64,000 nucleotides of DNA from Ruditapes philippinarum (lineage: Eukaryota): assembly GCF_026571515.1 (NCBI RefSeq), contig NW_026852258.1, forward strand, positions 434,001 to 498,000, in the 5' to 3' direction. How positions within the stretch are numbered: the first letter of the stretch is position 1; each line of letters opens with the position of its first letter. The notes beneath the pieces were generated by a model, which did no database searches, was not told the DNA's origin, and worked only from the letters and a program-made list of their open reading frames with translations. The position numbers were made by a program, and so were the translations under genes. Below, one piece after another: positions 1 through 12,187 of this stretch.

Positions 1-375
1 ACTGGTGGAGGAAGACCTAAGGTGGCCCTTCTGTGCAAAGAGAATTTAATCACAAAAGACTACCCTTTGAGATTTAATAAAAGAGCTGCAAAAACCTAAT
101 TGGTTATTTAAATGATTAAGGACAAGAATGTATAAGTATTAAAGTAAACGAAAAATTATTTGAGCTAAGCTTCTGCTCTAATGCTATCTCTTTTGCCCAG
201 ACTAATAACAACTGTTTCACTTGAATCAGTAGTTTAGAATGAACAGCATAAGATAGGACATGTAGTTTCTTCAACCAAAATGGTGAAGAACATAACAAGC
301 TGTGTACATAAATCCAAGACAGATTAAACCGACTAATTTCAGGTAAACACAAGTAAAAGATTTCATAAAACTTAC

Positions 376-478
376 CTATCTTCAAGGATATATCTTGAAT
401 GGCCTTTTGGTTTACCAGTCCTCCTGGGAAACACATCTTCACTTTCATCAAGTATATTTAACTCCTCTATCTGGGGCT
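376..478 (-). CDS. TP53BP1: TP53BP1 exon (PQIEELNILDESEDVFPRR...ILED)
   Basis: TTTTAG acceptor, GTAAGT donor, phase 1 to 2. Confidence 0.65.
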
Positions 479-3400
479 CTAAAACAAAACAAATTCTTTA
501 GTATACATGTATATCACATTTTTATATATTATGTTTATAAAATTTTTGTCATTAATTATTTCTTAATGTTAGTATTTTTTTGTTTTCAAAAATTATATGA
601 TGACTTTAAATGTTTTATTGTTATATTTTAACATACTTCACATTATTCCCCTATTTAACAGACAGGGCAGCCAAGTTCATTATTACATGATACATGTACA
701 GCCTAAATAAGAAATGCTTACACATCCATGATGTCAGATTTGATGTCAATGAACTAGCTGATATCAGGAAAATCACTTCTCCTCTCAATGTATTTAAACA
801 TATTTTTATCAAGTCTCTTTGTTTTAAGTATGTTAACAACTTAACATGAAAAGATATTAACTTTCCATGTGTTGTAGTATATGTAGGTTCAAATACAATT
901 GTAATTGATCGCTCAAGTCTACCAGCACTCATGATTTTATTTCTGTTTAATATTTGAACTCAACCTCTGTATTATTCTACAACAACACATCCAAACTTTG
1001 TATCTATTTCCTAAAATAAATTCCTAAGTCATTCCATTGAAATGGTTACCAGCTTAACATAATAACCAAACAACCAGAAAACAGTAGGCAAGCTCTGGTT
1101 GAAAATGCCAGCTACAACTCGTATTGAAACATCATTATGACTAAACAATTTCAAATTTGATAGCAAATATTTAATTAATGAGAGCGCCTGAATATGTTTA
1201 ATTGTACATATCTGCTTTCAAAACTGTTCAACTTGTGCAGACTATTTCAATATAAAGTGTGTGATTATGAAAAATAAATTTAGGTTTTAGTCAACAATGA
1301 TGATATTTTCTCACAAAACCTTCTCTAACAAGAGCCTCATATCTATCAATAGCGGAACAGTTAACTATTTGCCCTTATGACTGTGGTTTCAGATTCTAAA
1401 CTAGATAACAAATTTCATATGTAAAGAAGCAGTCTTAATGAGTAAAAGATGGCATGGTGGCTGTCTCTCAACCCAGGGATTGTAGGTTTGAGCTCTGCAT
1501 GGGTCACAAGCATCTTTCCTCATATGACACAAAACTAGTTGGCACAAAGATAACAGATCCTGAAGTGGTGAAAATAAGTTGTAAGCTTTCATAGCTCACC
1601 TGAAATAATCATGATGAAATTAAGCTATACAGTTAGTTTAGAACAAACGTACAACAAACTTATGTAAGGTAACTTACTTTGTAATTTGAAGACAGGTTCC
1701 GTTTGCTCAGACTGTGACTGTATCATACCAATAGACAGTTTGTCTGGTTCTCCAGTTGACATAGCTACCAAGTCTTCACTGTTTACAAGTTTTTCCCTGC
1801 AAAAAAGTTTACCTTTACTTTAAACAATGTACTTCAAAATCTTTTCAAAACACACATACATATTTACATGTATATACAATTATTTACTTTTCTTGAATCA
1901 AGAGATAATTCACAAAGTATCCATGAAGAAAACACATACATGTATTTGAAGCTTCTAAATGTTTATGTATAAAGATAGTACAAAGTATAATACTAGTATT
2001 AAAGTAAAGGAGCAACAAAATTATTCTGATTAATTTAACATTCATGATTGAGCATAATAAAGTATATGTACGTTTTCTGTGCTGCTTGTGGTTGAGTATT
2101 TGAAGCTATGACTTGTGACACTGGTTTCTCTGTTTCTATGGCAAGAGAAGGTTTATCTGTAACCATGGCAACCTCTGGTTCTTTAGATGACATCACAACA
2201 GGTACATCAAGGTGAAACTCATCTGTTAGAAATTAAAGTGAAAAACATCAAGTTTAATATCCCCGATCATGTCTAGAATCAGCTGTTAAATATACTGAAT
2301 AAACATCACATATGTTAAGACTAAAGCAATTACTGTAGTAAAAACAGCATCATTTTTCATCAAAACATATAACGGCAATGATATAAAATCTTTTATATTT
2401 TTAAGTTCTCATGAGTTCCCATCAGTGGTTGCAGAAAAATTTGCTTGGACTAGCGACTTAATGTTTCCTTTTGAGGAGCATATAGAGTATAACCCAAATT
2501 TATTCCTTTCTGTTACAAATGAAGTGAAAAATGACATATACAATGTATAAATATGAAATTTTGTTTCAAAATATAGAAGCAGACCTGAAAATCTGTTGCT
2601 TGACTTCACACTCATTTCTTGTTTCCTTTCTGAAATATAAACATCTTAAACATTCACTTAATTACATACAGCTAATACTTCAATCAAATTTTGAGGGTTT
2701 TTTCTTCTTTGGACAATTCTTCCTAGCATTTAAACAAATTCATCAGTATTTTAGTCACACCAGAACCATGTAAAGTAATGCCATTCAATACGCATGTTAC
2801 TGTTTATAGCTATTATGTTTGAAGAGAATGGATTGCTTGCTAAACTCAACAAGAGGTGTCAGTAGGAGAACAAACTCATCTAGTCTCAGTTTTAACTTAG
2901 TTCACGGGCCTGGATGATGTAGGAATCCTCAAAAGAGAAGATTATATTTAAAATCCATACAAAGTAATAATTTTCTAAGCTTACAAAGGTCTATAACTAA
3001 GTCCAAAACCATGCTAGTTATTTGTGTTCAACTGTAATCCTTAATTATGATCCCAGATAGATGTGTGAAGTTTCAGATGATTATCTTCTAATTAAAACAG
3101 TCGATATATAATACAGTATTTTTTACCTGTATCACTTTCATTCTTCCACTCTATCAATGGATTATCATTTAGATGTTCAATATGTTTATCTCTTGCGGAT
3201 TTCTTCTTCTTTTGTGACCCTGACCCACTTCCTGAACTTTGATGACGAGACCTTGAACTCTGTGACCCTTCTCTTTGACCTTTGTCTTGTGATCTGGATT
3301 CCTGTGATCCCTGTTTCTTGTGTTCTACCATTTGTGACCTTGATCCAGATACCTTATTTTTCTGGGACTGACTGTTTTCCATTGTACATTCTGATTGTGT

Positions 3401-6400
3401 CAGACGTAACATCAAATTATCAGACCCTTCAACTGAAAAACATTTTGACAAAAAGTCTCTATGAATACTGATCACTGATGTACAACAAAATTCTAGAAAC
3501 AGATAGGTTTTTCTTTCAGTTGTTATTTATTGAGACCTATATCATACAAACCTAGGAAACTTAGACAGTGGTGAACTTATTAACATCCCTAGGACAAGTG
3601 ACAGATATAAAATCTTTTTATTACAAAATATTATAAAGCCACAAATAACTTGCCATATTTTAAAATGACATCACCTACTGACTTTACATTCTTAAAGGCA
3701 TCCATGTATAGGATATATCATTTTTAATTAGAAAGTCATAGATCTTCATAGTTAAGGAAGGGTACATTTAAGACTCATCAAATGAATTAAAATATAACAT
3801 CTTGCTGAATGGAAGGTAGCAGTGTTTAGACAATCATTATTAGTAAGGCTCCTTTTAAATATTTTTTATTACATTTTAGACTAAATTTATATCAATACAC
3901 AAACAGACCTTCTTTCTGTGAATTTATAGAAGCAGACCCACTGGGTATAATAATGACTTCTCGTTCACTGTTAGAATTCTCCGGAGCTTGTAACTTCTGG
4001 GAGGAGATAAGTGGACGTAAACCCCCTCTTTCTTGCTGGACTGATCGCACCCTGAGAACTTTTCTACTGCTTCCCTGAAATATAGAACACTTTAATAAAA
4101 TAACTATCTGTTGATAACCAAAAATCTTCTATTTAAAATACATAAACCATTTAATGTTGATGAAGAACACAGATGTAAAACTGCCTACCATTCCTTTCAA
4201 TGACATTCTAAATAAAATTTGTGGAAAAAACAACAACATTACCTATATTTTAATAAGAAAAGGTTTAGAATCTTAACTAAGAAAATCTAAAGTACAATTT
4301 GTGTAATAGAAGACACATTATTTCATACATCTTACAATGACATTACCTTGTCTGGCACGTTTAGTGTGCCTTGGGAGAAATTTATCTGAACAGATTCTGA
4401 TGACAAATTATCTTTTTGTCTTTCATCCTCCTCTAAACTTTTAACTTTACCCTGAAATATACATGTACACAAAAATCCATTATGAGAAGTACACCCAACT
4501 GTAATGACATGTTCACCCAAATCAGTTATGGCATGTAAACTTTAATCCATAATGAAACATACACCCAAATCCTTCAAAAGAATGTCATGGTTATGCATGT
4601 AGTGCTCTTTCAGTTAAAAATAAATAAACATGACTCTTTAATACTCTTAAATCAAATTTAATTCATGCCGCTCAAAAACAAACAAAACATGATCTAGATC
4701 ATATAGCCTAAGAATAGATTTCCATATGCAGTTATTAAAGGTTGTACTTCTAGTAACTCAAGTACGTGTTCACTACTAGGTAACATATATGTTAACATTG
4801 TTTACTGAATGCTTCTAAACCTCCATTAACAATATTGCCTAAATTACAGAAACCTGACATCCAAGCACTACAGATTTATTTTTGTATGGTCCTTGTATGA
4901 CACATTAGTTTTACAAAACTTTAATCAGTCTTGCGCTGGAAATATGTATCATTACCTGTGAACTTTGATATTCTTTCTGGCTACTTTCCTTTGCTGCTTC
5001 AAGAAAACTGTCAACCTGTAATAAACCAAATGAAACATACACAAAATACGAGGGGTGTCCCAGAATTACGTGGACTTTTGTTGTAACTCAAAAACTACTG
5101 AAAATAAAAACAAACAAAATTAACATGAACAAAACGCAACTTTATTGCATAACTACAAAAAAATTCAAAGTTGTCCGGCAACTGGATCAGTGTCTGTGAG
5201 CAGGGTAATGAGACAAGGGGTAGCGGGTGCGGGGCAGTCCATTCAGACGTTACAACGTCATTCCGGTGGCGTCGCTAGTTGTTAATAAACGTGTGTCAGT
5301 TTTTCTCAACATAGTCGCCGCCTAACTCAATACACCTATGGTGTCGATATATCTACTGGTCGTACACCGCCCTGTATAATAATAATAAAGCATATTATTA
5401 ACTTTTGTTACGATAATAGTGTTAAAGACGACGGTNNNNNNNNNNNNNNNNNNNNNNNNNNNNNNNNNNNNNNNNNNNNNNNNNNNNNNNNNNNNNNNNN
5501 NNNNNNNNNNNNNNNNNNNNNNNNNNNNNNNNNNNNNNNNNNNNNNNNNNNNNNNNNNNNNNNNNNNGCAAAGACAATGTGCGTTAACAAGGGAAATAAC
5601 CTATCATGCGCACTGCTTACTATAGCAGTTTGAGTTCACTTTCTTAAAAGCTGAAGCGGATAAATTGCGTTTAAAATAATAAATTGTGATTAGCTTAATT
5701 TTTAAAAATCATTTTTTTAAACACAAAATTTTTGCTTACCCTTGAATAGTACTCAGCATTGACCTTGGTGTAACGCCTGTCCCGATCTATGACGTCCTTA
5801 ACTTCCTTAATTGACGTCGCAGTCAACGTTGACTTTCTCCCACGACCCTTGTCGTCTTCAATGTCCTCTCGGCCGTCTCGAAAGCGCTTATGCCACTTGA
5901 AAACGAGTGATCGACAAACAGGGGTCTCACTTTTGTAGTCTCCAACATTTCCTGCGTCTGTGTTGGTGTCTTCCCAAGATTAACACAAAACTTGATGATA
6001 GTCCGATGTTTCGCGTAATCCGTGGACGTCATTTTTTGTTAAATATCCAAGAGCAACGGTTGTCAGTTGTCCGCTGGTAAACAATAACGGAAACAGCTAT
6101 GACGTCAAAATTTCAAACGAACGTTCATATGACGTCACTGCATATGCTTACGACGTCGCGCCATTTTTTACGTATAAATACGCAAGATATACGAAAGTAA
6201 AACCAACTTATTAATACAAAATATTGGACTGCCCCGCCCTGCGCATACTGCGTTACTATAGCGACGTAAAATATAGATAAGCAATGTTAGAAATTTAAAA
6301 ATAATGGACATATTCATTAAGGATATGTTAAAGGTATTGTGTACAAATTTGCTAAAAAATGTATTAAAAAATAAAAAAGTTATAGCAAAAGTCCACGTAA

Positions 6401-9400
6401 TTCTGGGACACCCCTCGTATATATTCATTTATTATTTTCAAAAGCCATGTCTCTTTTTACAGAAATTCTGTATAACATGTATATTTTTTTTTATTAATTA
6501 AAAATTGGAAAAAAAAAAATCTAGTTAAAGATTTTCAATGAAAATACCTTTTCCTACAATTTGAAAAGCACTTTGCAAAATTATAATCCTTATTATTAGA
6601 AATGACCATGTTTTGAACCATATTTGGTAGATATTTTACATAGAGGCTTGTTTGTTACAATATTGTTTGATACTTCCAGACACAGGAAAGCTGGGACATT
6701 TCCCCCCCCCCCCCCCTTTCCATTTTCTTGACCTTCCTTGTACTCATTATTATAATGTACTTACCTGAGGTTGACTTGCCAAGGTTTCTGCAGCATTTAT
6801 ATCAAAAACAGTCTGGTTCCCTTCATCTGAACTTTCCTTATGTTGGCTCCCAGCTTCCTCCTTATCTTGGTCCCCTGTTTCCAGGAGAAAGCTCTGATTC
6901 CCAGTTTCTTGTGTAGGTGAATTTGGTATTATGATAGGAGTGGAACCATACACACCTGGGGATGGAGGAATCTCGTTTCTGCAAACATGAAAAAGTTAAC
7001 AAAATGGTAAAAATTTAATTCATCTAAAACGGGTTTTAAACAATTAAAACATCTTAGAGTGGTTTGGGAGCAACCCCCTTTTTCTAACCCCAAATTTTAG
7101 CAAAACATTTAAAGATTGAAATGAAAATTTTACTAAATAAAAACATAAGACTTTTTTTATTTTTAGGGAAAAGTGACCTTGACCCCTGGGGGGCCAAAAA
7201 AAAATACCAAAAACCGGGGTTTTCCCCAAAAAGGATTTATATACAAAGATGAAATTTCAATAAGGGATTCCAAACTTTAGTTTTTTTAAACCCGAAAAAA
7301 AATGAAAAGGGGAACCAAAAACCGGGGAGACTTGGGCTGGGAAAGACAAGTGATCCCATATATACCCCCAAAATTTGTTTTAGGGAATAAAAGAAAAACT
7401 TGATTTTTTCATAAAATCCCTTTTAACTAATTTAAATTTTTTTGTTTTGGGGTTTCACTGTTAAAGGTCATATAGTGGCCCCAGCTTTATTGGTAGAAAT
7501 GTCCAAACAAGGGCTTCATACATGATTTCAAACATGTGAGGGCAGCCAAGTAGAGCTTCCAGTATTCCCTTGATAGTTTCCTAACATGAAATAAACCAAA
7601 GTCCCTCAACGATATTCCACACACAACAGTGTGGTGCATGTGATCTGAAGTTAAAATAACAACTTTAGCCAGTAACCAAAATTTGTCCTGGATTGTTGAT
7701 ATGTTTAGATTTTCAAACATTTTCAGTTTATGGACTTTTTATTTGAATTCTATATGGAATTTACCACTGATCGACTGTTTATGTGGTTTCTTTCTCTTTC
7801 TTTAACTTAGATAATGGATGGAATGAAGCTCATAAACCATTTTGGTGTTTGCCAAACTGCTCTAAAAGTTATTTCATTTATTTGTAAATTTTTATTAAAA
7901 AAAATGTCTGCTTAGTTTCCATCTTAGCACAATCGTATCCGATGAACAAATTTTTACAGTTCCATTCAAAAGATGAATCAATATATTTTTTAATATTGTT
8001 TTACACTGATGTACAACATTTCATAACTAAAGAATTTACTTACAAAGTTTCTTCAACAGTTTCAGGTACCAACATGGGTTTCTGAGAGAACTGAAGACTG
8101 CCCAAGTGTTCTGAAGGCGTAGATGGACTGTCCTGCTCAGCTAAATAAAATAAAACCACAAATGTAATAAACATGAAAGACTTGTGTTCAACTATGGAAT
8201 GCAGTTGACAGTAAAATCTGTTTTCAACGCAGAAAATAATCCTCATTCACTATTTAGTATGTTACACTAAATTAAAATTATAAAGAATGTTTTGCTTTAA
8301 TTTTCAATAAACTTTCAACTTTCAGGCCAATCCACTTGACAAAATCCATTTTTTAGAATACAAGTTTAACATGTCATATACTTATAAATTTCCTATTTTG
8401 ACCGGGGACAACAACAAGAAATGTATACAAAATCAAATCTATTCACTACTTAGCAAGCATGACAAGAAAACTTGCTCGCATTATCAGTTAGTTAATGTTA
8501 TAAAATCTCTATAAAAAAATAATTTCCTTCAATGTATCAATATTACAAAAATTTCATAACAAAAGCATGTACAAAACTGAGACTGATTTCTGGTCTAACC
8601 TGTTTCTGCAAACATATCCTGTGAAGCTGGAAACGAATCAAATCTGTCACCTTTAGCATGGCCTTTTTGTGTCTTGTATACTTCACACTGATCATAACTT
8701 CCAAGATTTGAACGATTTCTAGACTGAAAACTGAAATTAGTCAACGGCATTATGACTACTTTAACATGATAGCAAGTAAAAATGTTTCTTTTTTAATACC
8801 AAGATCATTAACTATCTTTATCCTGCAAGCATTGTCTAATAGCCTTGCCCTGTCCTGATATTGGTTTCTTTAATTTTTAACTTCACTGATTTCAATATCT
8901 GGATGCTAACAATAACTAGCTGATTGTGAATTTGGTTTACAATACTGGCATGGCATTGTCCCAAGCCTTATTGCCATTGGGACAGATATCTCAAAGATCG
9001 TTAGTGCAGCACATGACATATGTTATCAATATAACTGTACTTGTTTAGTGTTTTATATATGAACCAGTCACTGTCAGACATCACATTTGACTACTCAATG
9101 CTCGAATTTAAAACAAACACCTAGATAGATAGTTCACAAAGATAAATTATCATTATCATATTATGTCAAAATCATAGAGTATGGATAATGGTCAGTGACC
9201 TACAATTCATAACTTTGAATACACTTGAGAAGTTTAAAGTGAACACCTTGATTGGTTAATATGATATTAAGTTGCATGCAGAACATTAACTTGGATTATG
9301 CAATCACCAGAACTCAAAAATCTTCCAATAATTCAACAACTGCATCTAAGATTTCCTTTAGATCAATCACAGTTCAGATTATTTTGTCAAAAGACTAAAT

Positions 9401-12187
9401 GACAACTTTCACTGGTTTTGCATACAGGAATGACTGTATATTGCCTGAAGGCCATTATCATGTAAACAATCAGAATTTCTTACCTTGACATATTGCCAGG
9501 ACTACTGCCGTCACTAGAGCTGTGATTTTCACTCTTTCCACCAGTTCTCTCCCCTGGATATAAGGTAATTCAATATTTGTATAGTTCTCTTTATTATAAA
9601 CAATATTTATAAATTTGATACTAGACATAATTTATGAATATCACTTACTTAAATGTTTATTATTTCCACATTATTTAAGTTAGAATGCATTTTATACACT
9701 TTTCAACCATTAAATGAATCCCATTTAAAGTTTTTATATTATTCAACAATGAGCACTACCTGAAAGCTTTTTCTGTATAATAGTTACTTCTTCGTCAGAG
9801 TCAGACTCACTGGAAACAAACAAAATATAGAACATTTAAAGGTTTATAACTAATTTACTGTCTGCATGATAGCTAGGAAAACTAGAACTCCCATTGTCCT
9901 GGCTAAAAAATAGGAAAGAATTAAGTATGAAGAATTACAATGGACAATCACTTCAAAATTATGCAAAAAAGAGTTATGGGTTTTTAATTTTCACTTTTTT
10001 TAAAATGGCAAAAGTACAAAATTTTTAAGTTTTAAATTTAGCATTTACCTAAAACAGTCTGAGGGCCAACAAAATTTCCGTCTGGGTTTTGCCACATATT
10101 GTATGGACACCAGAAAAGAAATTTTTTCCCGAAATAAAAAAAAGAAATATGACCACACCCCCTTTCTTTAAGGCAAAAATAAAAAAATGCTTTTTTTTAC
10201 CCCTTATGTTTTATAGAATGAATAAACAACAATTTTTAAATTTAAAACTATGATCTAATCATTATCAATCAATATTTTATTTTAATACCGATAAATTGAC
10301 TAATAAAGATACAGATTTAGTCAATTATAATATTATTTCTCTTTATTCCAACCAAACAAATAGTTGTCTTGTAAAAAAACAGTATTAAATATGCCAGTTT
10401 GCTGAGATTTTGTCACAATTTTATGAACCTTTATTATAGCACATCTGCTGTGTTGGCATAAAGTAAAAGTTGCCATATACCATGGTAAATACCGCAATAT
10501 GCTCTTTCCTGCAGTACCAAGCCCCAATACTAATCATCTACTTTCATGTAAATACATGATGTCCACTAAGTACATCTTAACTAGAGAGAATGGAAGAAAG
10601 TTTGTTTAGAATGAAGAAACACAATTACTGCCTCTCCCTTTAAAGATTCTTTACAAGACAATTCATCTTTGTCCTACCTTTTTCATGCTCCTCATCAGTA
10701 CACGTATCACTTGACAATACTGCCTTGTCTGGATTCTGAAACCATACAACAGATTATTATGCAAAGTTCTCTTTAACTACTAATTTATGACTTTAGTCTC
10801 CACCATTATTGTAAAGAAAATAGAAAAAATTTGAATGTAGTTCAGTCAAACCTATGTTAAAAACTGCCTCCAAATGAAGATCACCCTTATAATAAAGACT
10901 ACATTTCAACAAACCGTCATTGATTAAACAGAGCTAAGTTACCTCCATATAAAGATCACTTGACTGTTTTGTTGCTTCAGGTTTTTTTTAATACTATCCA
11001 ACAAAAGTGCATGGAATATATCTCAAATTAGTACATGAGTAATGACTTTTTATTATGAAATGCACCAGGCTGTTTGAACCACACATCATTCAACCATTTC
11101 ATTAAGACACTTTCATCAGCCAATCCCTTTTCTTAAATGTACACTACAACATCTCTTGGTAACTGTTTTTTTAAGCATTATGTATAGTTACTGTTTGAAC
11201 ACAATAGCAAGCTCTCCTTTGGTATCATCTGCTAAACAGGATAGCACTGCTATAGAATGAGACTTTTTTGCCACTGATGTCTTCACAGACACTCAACTGG
11301 CCCCCTTAAAATCCACAATGGTGATTTGTCGATATTTCCAATATATCGTTGTTTAAACTTGTTTCTCTTTTGTAGATCTATGACAAATTTCTGGAAATAA
11401 GTCACCTTAGTATCCACATCTTTTGGCAGTTTTTGTGTGATCTGAGTACATTGCCACAATGTCAGGAGCACACCACAGTTTAGATACCTTGAATTCAGTA
11501 TGGCAAATTTCTTGGACAGTTGAAGTGCTCTCAAACAAATTTTGGCATTTGTCACTTTCCATTTCCTTTAAGTTCATGACTCCATTGTTTTAATTGAGTT
11601 TCTAATTCATCATAAGGTTAAAGAACAGTTAAAGAACAGTTCTCTGCTTTTTAATAGACTTAGATGCCGTATAACATTACTTCTGTGCCTTAAATCTCCG
11701 ATCTCTAACCGTTTTCTCTGTTACATAGACACCAACTTAAACTTTCTCTCACATGCACATGGACAATTAAAGAGTTTTCTTTTCCAAACTCAATAACAGT
11801 CAATTTAATTTGACATCATATGATGCTCTTTTACGTTTAACAAACGTGCCTTCACTTTAATAAAACTATTGGCAGTGAATATAAATGTATTATACTTTAT
11901 AGTAATAAATGTATTATTGTATATGATGAAAGCAATTAATATTTTTACTGTCAATCAGTTTCTTTAATAGACATCAAATGACTCATTCAGTTGGTAAAAG
12001 TCACTGAAAAATAAGTCATAAAATTATATCTGGAACTTACTTGTAAAGCCGGCAGATTTTTGATGATTTTGATCATTTGTTTGTCAGGTTGGGATTCTTG
12101 TTGGGATTCCTCTTGGGATGGTAATATTATAAAACTGGACTGTCCTTGGGTGTTCTCTGTGAAATTGGAATCCTCCATCTCATCCAT
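376..12187 (-). CDS. TP53BP1: TP53-binding protein 1 (53BP1) orthologue, N-terminal S/T-Q-rich region; multi-exon, 3' part lies beyond the left window edge
   Basis: Manually chained GT-AG exons: 12187-12041, 10735-10678, 9809-9760, 9553-9484, 8730-8600, 8140-8044, 6978-6765, 5015-4956, 4451-4347, 4074-3909, 3432(or 3492)-3127, 2629-2585, 2222-2072, 1796-1678, 478-376. Phases are consistent except at 10678/9809. Motifs occur in the same order as in recalled human 53BP1: SSFIILPSQEESQ...KNLPALQ (human TPCLIIEDSQPESQ...RHLPNLQ), ASQDMF (STQEDLF), STPSEHLGSLQFSQKPMLVPET (STPATTLHLLQLSGQRSLVQDS), PPSPGVYGSTPIIIPNSPTQE (APSPDAFRSTPFIVPSSPTEQE). Confidence 0.82.
1678..1796 (-). CDS. TP53BP1: TP53BP1 exon (EKLVNSEDL...PVFKLQ)
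   Basis: TTTTTTGCAG acceptor, GTAAGT donor, phase 2 to 1. Confidence 0.7.
2072..2222 (-). CDS. TP53BP1: TP53BP1 exon (EFHLDVPVV...QAAQK)
   Basis: 151-nt open exon, phase 1 to 2. Confidence 0.68.
2585..2629 (-). CDS. TP53BP1: TP53BP1 exon (RKQEMSVKSSNRFS)
   Basis: 45-nt symmetric phase-1 exon with TTTCAG acceptor. Confidence 0.6.
3127..3432 (-). CDS. TP53BP1: TP53BP1 SQ-rich exon (EGSDNLMLRLTQSE...NESDT); alternative in-frame acceptor at 3492
   Basis: Lies within ORF 3092..3475; phase 1 to 1; dense SQ cluster. Confidence 0.72.
3909..4074 (-). CDS. TP53BP1: TP53BP1 exon (GSSRKVLRV...INSQKE)
   Basis: 166-nt open exon, phase 0 to 1. Confidence 0.68.
4347..4451 (-). CDS. TP53BP1: TP53BP1 exon (GKVKSLEEDE...NVPDK)
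   Basis: 105-nt phase 0 to 0 exon, TTTCAG acceptor and GTAATG donor. Confidence 0.7.
4956..5015 (-). CDS. TP53BP1: TP53BP1 exon (VDSFLEAAKESSQKEYQSSQ)
   Basis: 60-nt phase 0 to 0 exon with canonical sites and two SQ motifs. Confidence 0.7.
5049..6417 (-). mobile_element. Tc1/mariner element, internally deleted, in a TP53BP1 intron; spans an assembly gap (5436-5567)
   Basis: Perfect 32-bp TIRs CGAGGGGTGTCCCAGAATTACGTGGACTTTTG with TA duplication. Transposase fragments: RTIIKFCVNLGKTPTQTQEML, VFKWHKRFRDGREDIEDDKGRGR, VNAEYY, RCIELGGDYVEK. Confidence 0.93.
5436..5567. other. Assembly gap (N run)
   Basis: Run of n characters. Confidence 1.
6765..6978 (-). CDS. TP53BP1: TP53BP1 exon (NEIPPSPGVYGSTPIIIPNSPTQE...ASQPQ)
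   Basis: TTGCAG acceptor, GTAAGT donor; STPIIIPNSPT resembles STPFIVPSSPT. Confidence 0.82.
8044..8140 (-). CDS. TP53BP1: TP53BP1 exon (EQDSPSTPSEHLGSLQFSQKPMLVPETVEET)
   Basis: TTTAG acceptor, GTAAGT donor; resembles a conserved 53BP1 block. Confidence 0.8.
8600..8730 (-). CDS. TP53BP1: TP53BP1 exon (FQSRNR...PASQDMFAET)
   Basis: Canonical splice sites, phase 2 to 1, SQDMF motif. Confidence 0.7.
9484..9553 (-). CDS. TP53BP1: TP53BP1 exon (ERTGGKSENHSSSDGSSPGNMS)
   Basis: CCAG acceptor, GTAAGA donor, phase 1 to 2. Confidence 0.65.
9760..9809 (-). CDS. TP53BP1: TP53BP1 exon (ESDSDEEVTIIQKKLS)
   Basis: Pyrimidine-rich acceptor, GTAGTG donor; acidic frame in phase 2 to 1. Confidence 0.6.
10678..10735 (-). 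CDS. TP53BP1: TP53BP1 exon (NPDKAVLSSDTCTDEEHEK)
   Basis: TTTCAG acceptor, GTAGGA donor, open in phase 0 to 1. Confidence 0.6.
11045..11830 (-). pseudogene. Degenerate pogo-type (POGK-like, DDE_1) transposase fossil
   Basis: ORF 11283..11555 reads TQITQKLPKDVDTKVTYFQKFVIDLQKRNKFKQRYIGNIDKSPLW, like pogo ..AQKLP..IGNMDETP; downstream KWLNDVW; many stops and frameshifts. Confidence 0.7.
12041..12187 (-). CDS. TP53BP1: TP53BP1 first coding exon (MDEMEDSNF...NLPALQ)
   Basis: Acceptor just upstream of 12226, ATG at 12187, GTAAGT donor, phase 0; SQ motifs and LPALQ resemble the 53BP1 N-terminus. Confidence 0.8.

Noticed and set aside
3157-3471. 104-aa plus-strand ORF
   Set aside because: Antisense shadow of the TP53BP1 SQ-rich exon.
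7000-7450. Homopolymer-rich odd sequence (also ~9960-10250)
   Set aside because: Looks like poorly polished long-read consensus of degenerate repeats rather than biology.
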